DNA from: an uncultured Verrucomicrobiae bacterium | GTDB taxonomy: Bacteria; Verrucomicrobiota; Verrucomicrobiia; Limisphaerales; UBA11358 | NCBI GenBank assembly: GCA_963806905.1 | Contig: CAWEAA010000008.1 | Location: 588,336 to 652,335, forward strand | DNA length: 64,000 bases | Direction of reading: 5' to 3' | Shown here: positions 1 through 10,908 of the stretch, in pieces | How the letters are laid out: every line of letters starts with the position of its first letter | Position numbering within the stretch: the stretch's first letter is position 1 | The notes under the pieces: model-generated | What the model was told of the DNA's origin: nothing | What the model saw: only the letters and a program-made list of their open reading frames with translations | Databases searched by the model: none | Made by a program: the position numbers and the translations under genes

Positions 1-287
1 GTGCCAAAGTAACCACTGCCGGCCTGCGGGAAAGTGGAGCCGGCGTCCAGCTCGCCGTGAATGTTTCCAGGCAGGGACGAAACAAAATAGGTATTGGATG
101 GGTTATTCGACGTGACGGTGTTGGTGCTCAACAGCGGAAAAGCAAAATATCCATTGTTGTCGTGGTATAGATGCATATTGACCGACAGTCCGGCACGGAC
201 GGCCGGTGCAAACAACAGGCACGCGGCGAGGATTAGAAGTCCGAAGCCGGACAGACGGGTTGAAATGGCATGAATTGCGGTTTTCAT
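1..287 (-). CDS. Secreted protein, N-terminal part only (gene runs off the left edge)
   Basis: Minus-strand ATG at 285-287. Translates MKTAIHAISTRLSGFGLLILAACLLFAPAVRAGLSV..., a Sec-type signal peptide, and stays open to position 1. Absent from the ORF track because it is truncated. Confidence 0.5.
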   Translation of the reverse strand, partial: MKTAIHAISTRLSGFGLLILAACLLFAPAVRAGLSVNMHLYHDNNGYFAFPLLSTNTVTSNNPSNTYFVSSLPGNIHGELDAGSTFPQAGSGYFG

Positions 288-680
288 AGTGTTGTCGTTT
301 CGGGTTGGAGTCCCTTCAGTTGGGCAAATACTGACAATTTAATGTTTTGCAGCAGAGGTTTACTTGTATTCTGATACCGGAATCAAAACCTTGGCGCGCT
401 TTATACATTTACCGTATCTATAAATCAAGCAAATAATGCGGTTTTTATCGTTCACGAACTCATATTCTCCATAAGTAAGGCATTGTAAATAAACTGCGTA
501 AAAAACGCTTTTAGGGATTATACTACGCACTCGATGGCGAATAGTCATCTTTCCTTCCTTTTGCTCCATCGCTCGTTAAATTCCTGCAAGCCGGCAGGTC
601 ACTGAGGTTGCAAGCAGCAAGGCCGCGAGCGCCGGGTTGCCGGATTTTTTGAAAAGGCGATTGCGCTTCGCATCCAGCTT

Positions 681-1448
681 TCAAATGGAAATGTGGAAAT
701 AGAGGATCAAACCCGCGATCAGGCCAAAACCGGCCGCAAAGTTTGCGAGCACAAGCAGTTTGTGATGTTTCCAGATTTCGCCCAGCACCGCGTGGATGGC
801 GAGATACAAAAATCCGCCGGCAGCGTTCGCCAGCATCAGCGCCAGCGTCAGTTTCAGTGCGTGTTGTGGAACATTTTGCAAAACAAACCAACCGAGCAAC
901 CCGCCGAAGATGGTCGTGGATTCCACCAGCGCGACAAACCACAACATTTTTTTGCGCGGATATCCGCCGCCGAGCAGCAATGCGCCCAGCGCCAACCCTT
1001 CGGGGAATTTATGCACACAAATGGCGAAAAGAATGGAAAGTTTTATCGGCTCGCTTTCTTCGAGTCCTGCTGCCAGCGCCAGCCCGTCCACGGTGCAATG
1101 AATCCCCAGCGCAATCATCATCGCCGTGGCGAATTCGGCCAGCCGGTGCGTCGTGGCTTCGTCGAAATGGCTCGCCGCGCATGCCGGACAAATGTGAAAA
1201 ACATATCTGGTGATAACCGCGAAAAGAAAATAGCCCGAAGCCGCCACCGGCAAAAACCACCAGCGCAGGTCTTCCCAACATTCCGGGGCAATGCCGCAAA
1301 GCGAGACCCCGAGCAGCGTTCCGGCGCCGAGGCTGATGAAGGCGCAAAGTTGTTTGTGCGTCCGGGCCAGCAAGCCGCTGAACGCGCCGCCGGCCATCGC
1401 AATGGCAAACGCCGCGAAAATCTGGTGCAAAATGGGCGAAGCGGTCAT
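681..1448 (-). CDS. ZIP-family divalent metal (zinc) transporter
   Basis: 255-aa polytopic membrane protein. The HKFPEGLALG helix matches the ZIP/ZupT signature (H-x-x-P-E-G-L-A). Size is similar to ZupT. Confidence 0.8.
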   Translation of the reverse strand: MTASPILHQIFAAFAIAMAGGAFSGLLARTHKQLCAFISLGAGTLLGVSLCGIAPECWEDLRWWFLPVAASGYFLFAVITRYVFHICPACAASHFDEATTHRLAEFATAMMIALGIHCTVDGLALAAGLEESEPIKLSILFAICVHKFPEGLALGALLLGGGYPRKKMLWFVALVESTTIFGGLLGWFVLQNVPQHALKLTLALMLANAAGGFLYLAIHAVLGEIWKHHKLLVLANFAAGFGLIAGLILYFHISI

Positions 1449-1452
1449 GTTT

Positions 1453-1477
1453 TTAATTGCAAATCATTCGCAATTTA
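1453..1477. promoter_or_regulatory. Fur-family-like (Zur-type?) palindromic operator upstream of the ZIP transporter
   Basis: 12-1-12 palindrome TTAATTGCAAAT-C-ATTCGCAATTTA (10/12 arm symmetry). The core 7-1-7, TGCGAAT-n-ATTTGCA on the gene strand, has the TGxxAAT-n-ATTxxCA shape of Fur/Zur/PerR boxes. It lies 5-29 nt upstream of the start codon at 1448. Confidence 0.45.
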
Positions 1478-1574
1478 CTGAAAGCCGGCGAAATCGCAAG
1501 TCTAATTTTGGAAGGCATCAAGGCAGGACCGACTCTCCGAACCAGCCGTTGGGGCGCACTGCGGAGAGCGCGCC

Positions 1575-4859
<3,285 letters not shown>

Positions 4860-4982
4860 GGTAAACCCAAATAGTCAGTTGAAAATAGAACCAACACGCT
4901 ACGCAATGAAACGTGCAGCGTCAAAGCGAATCGCCGTGAGTTTCGTTCGTTGGAGAGAAAAGCCGCTATCAGGCCTTGGGGG

Positions 4983-5303
4983 CTATGGCGGCGGGGAGTT
5001 TTGCCTGGGTGTCAGGTTTTGGGCCGGCGGTGCGGCTTCGCGAATGAGCGAGGCGGCGCGTCTGGCCGATTCGTAGATCATGCGCAACTGCGACTGGAGC
5101 GCCGGATCCTCCCCGTGCTTGAGCAGCAATCGGTCGGCATAGCCCTGAATAATGGTAAGAATGTTGTTGAGTTCATGCCTGACCGTTGGCGGCATTTGCC
5201 GGGCCGAGTCGAGTTTCCAGGCGGTTTCATGAAACCTGCCGGCTCCGCTTTGTTCCAGCGACGCCATTTTTTTGTAGATGAACTCGGATGACGACATTGA
5301 CAT
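4983..5303 (-). CDS. Stand-alone histidine-kinase DHp (HisKA-like) domain protein, no catalytic ATPase domain
   Basis: 106 aa. H-box RHELNNILTIIQGYADRLL followed by a second helix (RMIYESARRAASLIRE). The ORF ends 123 nt before the secA start, so there is no room for an HATPase_c domain. Confidence 0.55.
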   Translation of the reverse strand: MSMSSSEFIYKKMASLEQSGAGRFHETAWKLDSARQMPPTVRHELNNILTIIQGYADRLLLKHGEDPALQSQLRMIYESARRAASLIREAAPPAQNLTPRQNSPPP

Positions 5304-5430
5304 ACCGCCAGCAATTCGCGGGCCAACTTGTTTCGAGGGGGAACATTAGAATTTTTGAACCATTTTTCCGCCCGGCATTCTCAAATTGTCATCGCCCAGG
5401 GCGGCCTGCTTTGAAGCGGGACAGTGCGGA

Positions 5431-5586
5431 TGACGAGTGACGAGTGACATGCTACGTTCATTTCCGATAGTGCCCTGATTCGGTGGCGGCGGTGCCGCCG
5501 CACCGCCGTGCGCCGCAGCAGCGGCGCATCCACCAACATCAAATCAGGACCGTAAGCCATTTCCGCGCCACTTGTCACTTGTCACT
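5431..5586. repeat. Inverted pair of heptamer mini-arrays (TGACGAG x2.9 at 5431-5450; CACTTGT x2.6 at 5569-5586)
   Basis: Read directly. The arms are reverse complements except at positions giving G:T pairs on the plus strand. They enclose about 120 nt containing GC-rich hairpins (e.g. TGCGCCGC-AGCA-GCGGCGCA). Located just upstream of lpxI. Confidence 0.6.
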
Positions 5587-5617
5587 GGCCGCCGGTCACG
5601 CGACACTCGTTGCGGAA

Positions 5618-6439
5618 ATGAACGCCGCGCTTGAATCGTTGGGTCTCATCGCCGGCAACCGCTCGCTGCCGCTGGAGTTCGCGCGGCAGGCACGCACCGC
5701 CGGCGTCAAACGGCTCATCGCCGTCGCGTTCGAAAATGAAACCGATCCCGCGCTCACCCCGCTCGTGGACGAAATCGTCTGGCTCAAGGTCGGCCAGCTT
5801 TCCAAAATGATTTCGGCGTTCACCGACCGTGGCATCAGACGATGCGTCATGGTTGGCCAGATTGCGCCGAAAAACCTTTTCGACCTCCGGCCGGATTTGC
5901 GGGCGATGGGACTATGGCTCCGGCTCCCGGAAAAAAACGCCCACACGATTTTCGGCGCGATTGCCGAAGAGTTGAAAAAAGACGGTGTGGAATTGATTGA
6001 CGCCACGCCGTGGCTCAAGCCGCTCATGCCCGCTGCGGGATTTCATCTTGGCCCCCCATTGTCCGACGGGCAACGCGCGGACGTGGAGTTTGGTTTTCGC
6101 ATTGCGAAGGAAGTTTCGCGTCTGGAAATCGGCCAGACCGTCGTCGTGAAAAACGGCACCGTGCTGGCAGTGGAAGGATTTGAGGGGACGGACAAGTGCC
6201 TTGCGCGCGGCGGCGAACTCGCCGGCAAGGATGGCGGGGTGGTCGCCGTCAAAGTGGCCAAATTGGACCACGACATGCGGTTCGACATTCCCTGCATAGG
6301 CGCCAGCACGATAGAGGCTTGCGCTGCCGCCAAAATTTCGGTGCTCGCCCTGGAGGCCGGCCGGACTCTGTTGCTCGAACGGAAAGCTTGCGAAGCACTG
6401 GCTCAAAAAAATAAACTGGCACTCGTTGTCGTTGAATGA
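5618..6439 (+). CDS. lpxI: UDP-2,3-diacylglucosamine pyrophosphatase LpxI (DUF1009 family)
   Basis: LGLIAGNRSLPLEFARQARTAGVK... and GQTVVVKNGTVLAVEGFEGTD...FDIPCIG are typical of LpxI/DUF1009. ATG at 5618 was chosen because the longer ORF-track start at 5483 reads through repeat sequence. Confidence 0.8.
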   Translation: MNAALESLGLIAGNRSLPLEFARQARTAGVKRLIAVAFENETDPALTPLVDEIVWLKVGQLSKMISAFTDRGIRRCVMVGQIAPKNLFDLRPDLRAMGLWLRLPEKNAHTIFGAIAEELKKDGVELIDATPWLKPLMPAAGFHLGPPLSDGQRADVEFGFRIAKEVSRLEIGQTVVVKNGTVLAVEGFEGTDKCLARGGELAGKDGGVVAVKVAKLDHDMRFDIPCIGASTIEACAAAKISVLALEAGRTLLLERKACEALAQKNKLALVVVE

Positions 6440-6458
6440 AGTCCAACTTCCAATTTAA

Positions 6459-6968
6459 ATGCTGAAATCGTACGAACTTTTTGGTTTTATGTCGCCGGCT
6501 CTGGCGAATGATATTCTCGCCTTCGCCCACGAATCGGACAAGCCGGCTTACAAGGCCACGCTCGCCGCCGTCGCCCAGGCGCGCCACGTCCGCCCGGTCT
6601 TTCTCGAACGTCAGCCGCGTTCACAACGCCATATCGCGATGGTGGCAACGCTCGCGCGGCCCGCGTTGGATGCGGTCGCAGGAGGACTCATCCGTGCCTG
6701 GCTCTTGAAACAGCAGAAGGCAATGCTCGTCGATTTTCTGGATGCGCTCGGCATCAAACACGAAGACGGTGTCATCGAGAATTTGCCCGCGGAGATGGAC
6801 GACACGAAGTTGAAATCGGCTGTGGCCACCCTGCTCGCCAAACATCCACAGGAAGTGGTCACCGTTTACCTCAATGCCTTTAACGAGATGAATGAGGCAA
6901 ACTGGACGAATTTAAAGACAATGCTCGAAAGCGACTCGCGGCTGCAGTTGGGAACAACCAAGGCATAG
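6459..6968 (+). CDS. Hypothetical protein (169 aa)
   Basis: Clean ORF with coding-like composition, 19 nt after lpxI. No motif recognised. Confidence 0.5.
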   Translation: MLKSYELFGFMSPALANDILAFAHESDKPAYKATLAAVAQARHVRPVFLERQPRSQRHIAMVATLARPALDAVAGGLIRAWLLKQQKAMLVDFLDALGIKHEDGVIENLPAEMDDTKLKSAVATLLAKHPQEVVTVYLNAFNEMNEANWTNLKTMLESDSRLQLGTTKA

Positions 6969-7156
6969 AACCCGTTTTTCGACTGTCAACCCCGCTACAG
7001 CTTGACCGGAGCAATCATTCCTTCAGTGTCCAAAATGGGTTCAGAACCTGAGGTCAACCCGGCATTATTTGCCCGTTTCTTTCGATAGTTCAATTGGCCT
7101 TGTTTATGCTGTGAAGAAGTCCCACTCCGGGGAAAAGCGTGTATGGAGTGGCGAAT

Positions 7157-9136
7157 ATGAACGGAACCGAAAAGAAAATTCTTTTTGTAGAAGACGATCC
7201 TGTCGTACTGACGCTGTACCGGAACCGGTTGCAGCGCGAGGGATTTGAAGTCTTGTTCGCTGAAGACGGGGAGGTCGCGCTCGACGTTCTTTCACGGGTG
7301 CGCCCCGACCTGGTCGTGTTGGATTTGATGTTGCCCAAGGTCAACGGCGTGGACGTGCTCAAGCATATCCGTGCCGATGATCGTTTGAAAGCAACGCCGG
7401 TGCTGATCCTTTCCAATGCCTACATGACCGAGTTGGCGCAAAAAGCCCTGCAGTCCGGCGCCAACAAAGGCATGTTGAAAACCGAATGCACGCCGGCCAA
7501 GCTCGTTGAAGCCATACGGGACATGCTCGGATATGACCCTGCGTTTGGCCTTGTCGCCGGTAAATCGGGCAAGAGCCAGGCCGAAGCGTTCGTTGCCGCC
7601 GCTGCCGCTGCGCACGCGGATGAAATGACGCTTAAAGCAACGCGCGAAGAATTTATCAAGGATGCGCCGGTCGAGGTTGCCAAGATCCGCGATCATTGCC
7701 TGGCTTATATCAAGTCGGCCGCCATGCCCACGGGTCTGCAACAGCTCAACAATCTGTATCAGCGGGTGCATTTTTTTACCGCCCGCGCCGGGCTGGCCGG
7801 CTGCGCCAAGAGCGCCCTTCTGGCCAGCGCCCTTGAGGCCTTGCTCTTTGAAGTTGTGTTCAAACCGGCGAGTGGTACGGCTTCCGTGTTGCAAACGATT
7901 GCCCAGGCCGTGGACTGTCTGGGACGTCTGTTCCAGAATGGCGACACCGGAACTGCCGGATTGAATCTCAAGGCGAAGATATTGATCGTGGACGACGACG
8001 CCGTTTGTAATTATACCATGGTAGCGGCCCTCAAACGCGCGCATTTCGAACCGGTCAGCGTCGAAGATCCCACTGTGGCCGTGCAAATGGCGCAAGCCAC
8101 CCAGTACGACATCGTGTTGTTGGATATCAACATGCCGGGCATGAACGGCTTCGAAGTGTGTGAAACGCTGCGCCGCCTGCCTCAATACAAGGAGACACCG
8201 GTCGTATTCATCACCGGCAATGGCGATTTCCAAAACCGCGCGCAGAGCATCCTGAGCGGTGGCAACGACCTTATCACCAAACCGTCTTCTCCCTTGGAAC
8301 TGGTTCTTAAGACGACCATGCATTTGCTGCAGCCGCAAGGCCGGCGACCGGAATCAGCTGTTGGAGCAATGGCGCAACGTTTGGACGCACCACCGGCCGC
8401 ATTGCAATCCGCGCCGCCGGTGCAAAACGGCCAGTCTCAAAACGGTTCGCCCCAGAACGGCAAGTCTCAGATCGCTCCGCCTCCGATCGCTGCGGCAAAA
8501 CCGGCACCACCGCCGATTTTAACCGCCACCAACGGCACCAAAGACATGCCGCCTGCTCCTGTAGAAACAATCAAATTGTCCCAGCCCGAGGATCATGTCG
8601 AACTGCCCCAGCCCGAGGGGCAAATTGAATTGGTCCGGCCGGAGATTAACAACGGATCGGCCCAGCCTGTGCCGCCTGAAAATAAGGACGTATCGACCTC
8701 ACCGGAGGTTCGCAATGATGCACCACCATCCAGCCAGCCTATACCATTGGCAAAACAAATGGCCATGCAACGAAATTCCCTGCCGAAAGAAAAAAACCTG
8801 AATTTGAATATGGAAACGAAAAACAAACCAGCCTTCGACGAGGTCGCCCAAGGAGTGGCGCGCATCATCTTCGGAGACGAGAACATCACGGAAATGAACG
8901 TGCGGCTGACGCGCATTGCCCTGGAACGTTACAACGTTCCGGAGATGCAAGGTTCCGAGGAGATCGCCCAGGGAGTGGCGCGCATTATCTTCGGAGACCA
9001 AAACATCACGGAAATGAACGTGCGGTTGACACGCATTGCCTTGGAGCGTTACAAAGTCTCTGAGATTCTCGGTCGCCCCGCTGATGCGAACGGCTCACTT
9101 GACCAGGTTCCTCGTATGGCTTCGGTCTCCCTGTAA
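7157..9136 (+). CDS. Response-regulator protein: REC - HPt-like - REC - Pro/Gln-rich linker - 2x40-aa C-terminal repeat
   Basis: Two receiver domains (ILFVEDDPVV...DLVVLDLMLP and ILIVDDDAVC...DIVLLDINMPGMNGF). The middle segment VHFFTARAGLAGCAKSALLASALEALL resembles an HPt H-x-x-K/R-G site. The ATG at 7157 is preferred over the GTG at 7139. Confidence 0.8.
   Translation: MNGTEKKILFVEDDPVVLTLYRNRLQREGFEVLFAEDGEVALDVLSRVRPDLVVLDLMLPKVNGVDVLKHIRADDRLKATPVLILSNAYMTELAQKALQSGANKGMLKTECTPAKLVEAIRDMLGYDPAFGLVAGKSGKSQAEAFVAAAAAAHADEMTLKATREEFIKDAPVEVAKIRDHCLAYIKSAAMPTGLQQLNNLYQRVHFFTARAGLAGCAKSALLASALEALLFEVVFKPASGTASVLQTIAQAVDCLGRLFQNGDTGTAGLNLKAKILIVDDDAVCNYTMVAALKRAHFEPVSVEDPTVAVQMAQATQYDIVLLDINMPGMNGFEVCETLRRLPQYKETPVVFITGNGDFQNRAQSILSGGNDLITKPSSPLELVLKTTMHLLQPQGRRPESAVGAMAQRLDAPPAALQSAPPVQNGQSQNGSPQNGKSQIAPPPIAAAKPAPPPILTATNGTKDMPPAPVETIKLSQPEDHVELPQPEGQIELVRPEINNGSAQPVPPENKDVSTSPEVRNDAPPSSQPIPLAKQMAMQRNSLPKEKNLNLNMETKNKPAFDEVAQGVARIIFGDENITEMNVRLTRIALERYNVPEMQGSEEIAQGVARIIFGDQNITEMNVRLTRIALERYKVSEILGRPADANGSLDQVPRMASVSL
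8840..9054 (+). repeat. Intragenic 120-bp tandem duplication (2 units) encoding E(V/I)AQGVARIIFGD(E/Q)NITEMNVRLTRIALERY
   Basis: Units start at 8840 and 8960 (period exactly 120 nt, in frame). About 90% nucleotide identity over about 95 nt, with mostly synonymous differences. Confidence 0.9.
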
Positions 9137-9172
9137 AGGAAAGTCCGCAGGGTGATCGGGGACCCGGTTGCA

Positions 9173-9196
9173 CGGGCAGACATTCTTGTCTGCCCG
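9173..9196 (+). terminator. Stem-loop downstream of the response-regulator gene (possible terminator)
   Basis: Perfect 9-bp stem CGGGCAGAC / GTCTGCCCG with loop ATTCTT, 37 nt after the stop. It is followed by a T-rich but not canonical U-tract (ATGACTTCTTTGTC). Confidence 0.35.
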
Positions 9197-9416
9197 ATGA
9201 CTTCTTTGTCAGTCGGGGTTCTTTGGCATTGGTGGCTTCTCCTGTCACACCATTCTCGTGATGACCGGCAATGTGCCGCATTATTTGCGCGAGCTGCACA
9301 ACGACACGATGCTTGGGTGAGAATGGCAGAAGTGAGCCAGTGATTGCCAAAAAACTGCTGGTACAAGGGGGTGGGCTTTTGTATCATGTTTTCTTCAATT
9401 TTTACGAATACAACAA

Positions 9417-10871
9417 ATGGAACCAAAAGCTGATATCGCGCTCATTGGCTTGGCTGTCATGGGCCAGAATTTGATTTTGAACATGAATGACCACGGTTTT
9501 ACCGTGGTGGCCTTCAATCGCACCGTTTCCAAGGTGGATGATTTCATCAACAACGAGGCCAGGGGCACGAAAGTCATCGGCGCCCACTCGCTTCAGGAAA
9601 TGGCCGCACTGCTCAAAAAACCGCGCCGCGTCATGCTCATGGTCAAGGCCGGCGCCGCTGTGGATGAGTTCATCGAGCATTTGCTGCCGGTGCTGGAACC
9701 GGGCGACATCATCATTGACGGCGGCAACTCGCTATTTGAGGACACGATACGCCGCACGAAATATGTCGAGAGCAAAGGCCTGCTTTACATTGGCACCGGT
9801 GTGAGCGGCGGCGAAGAGGGCGCGCGTCACGGTCCGAGCATCATGCCCGGCGGTTCTCCGGCCGCGTGGCCACACGTCAAATCCATTTTTCAAGCCATCG
9901 CCGCGAAGGTTGCCGATGGCACGCCATGCTGCGATTGGGTCGGCGAAAATGGCGCCGGCCATTTCGTAAAAATGGTTCACAACGGCATCGAATACGGCGA
10001 CATGCAGCTCATCTGCGAAGCCTATCACCTCATGAAGGACGGTCTCGGCATGACCGCCGACGAGATGCACGAGGTTTTGGCCGAATGGAACAAGGGCGAA
10101 CTGGATTCCTATCTCATTGAAATCACCCGGGACATCCTCGCCTTCAAGGACACCGACGGCCAGCCGCTGGTGGACAAGATTCTCGACACCGCCGGCCAGA
10201 AGGGCACCGGCAAATGGACCGTGATTTCGTCGCAGGATATGGGCATTCCCATCACGCTGATTGCGGAAGCGGTTTATTCCCGTTGCGTGTCAGCGATGAA
10301 AGACCAGCGTGTGCAGGCATCGAAAGTTTTCAAGCCGTCCAGGACTAAATTTGCCGGTGACCGCAAGCGGTGGATTGATGACATCCGCAAGGCGTTGTAC
10401 GCCTCAAAAATCGTCAGCTACACGCAGGGTTACATGCTCATGCGCGCCGCTGCGGAACAATACAAATGGAACCTTAATTATGGCGGCATCGCCCTCATGT
10501 GGCGTGGAGGTTGCATCATTCGCAGCGCGTTCCTCGGCGATATCAAACAGGCCTTTGACAAGAACCCGAACCTGACAAACCTCCTGCTCGCGCCGTTTTT
10601 CAAGAAAGCGATCAAGGGTTGCCAACGCAATTGGCGCAAAGTGGTAAGCACGGCGGTCAAGAAGGGCATTCCGGTGCCGGCCTTCAGCACGGCGCTGGCG
10701 TTCTTCGACGGTTTCCGCAGCGAACGTCTGCCTGCGAACCTGCTTCAGGCCCAGCGCGATTATTTCGGCGCGCACACCTACGAGCGGCTCGACCAGCCGC
10801 GCGGCCAGTTTTTCCACACCAACTGGACCGGTCACGGCGGTCGCGTCTCCAGCAGCACCTACAACGCTTGA
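9417..10871 (+). CDS. gnd: 6-phosphogluconate dehydrogenase, decarboxylating
   Basis: 484 aa. IGLAVMGQNLILNMNDHGF NAD(P)-binding start and GAGHFVKMVHNGIEYGDMQLI, both canonical for Gnd. Confidence 0.95.
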   Translation: MEPKADIALIGLAVMGQNLILNMNDHGFTVVAFNRTVSKVDDFINNEARGTKVIGAHSLQEMAALLKKPRRVMLMVKAGAAVDEFIEHLLPVLEPGDIIIDGGNSLFEDTIRRTKYVESKGLLYIGTGVSGGEEGARHGPSIMPGGSPAAWPHVKSIFQAIAAKVADGTPCCDWVGENGAGHFVKMVHNGIEYGDMQLICEAYHLMKDGLGMTADEMHEVLAEWNKGELDSYLIEITRDILAFKDTDGQPLVDKILDTAGQKGTGKWTVISSQDMGIPITLIAEAVYSRCVSAMKDQRVQASKVFKPSRTKFAGDRKRWIDDIRKALYASKIVSYTQGYMLMRAAAEQYKWNLNYGGIALMWRGGCIIRSAFLGDIKQAFDKNPNLTNLLLAPFFKKAIKGCQRNWRKVVSTAVKKGIPVPAFSTALAFFDGFRSERLPANLLQAQRDYFGAHTYERLDQPRGQFFHTNWTGHGGRVSSSTYNA

Positions 10872-10908
10872 AGTCTGCCGCGTCCGGTTTTGCTCCAAAA
10901 AAAACGGC

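Noticed and set aside
590-651. CCGGCA...TGCCGG followed by ATTTTTTG, looking like a plus-strand intrinsic terminator
   Set aside because: The stem is short with a very long loop. There is no plus-strand gene upstream to terminate, and it does not work as a terminator for the minus-strand ZIP gene.
9137-9150. AGGAAAGTCCGCAGGG resembles the RNase P RNA CR-I motif GAGGAAAGUCCGGGC
   Set aside because: It starts directly after the response-regulator stop codon. The 280-nt spacer is too short, and none of the other conserved RNase P regions (GGUAAGAGC, ACAGAA-CCGGCUUA) is present. The match is coincidental.
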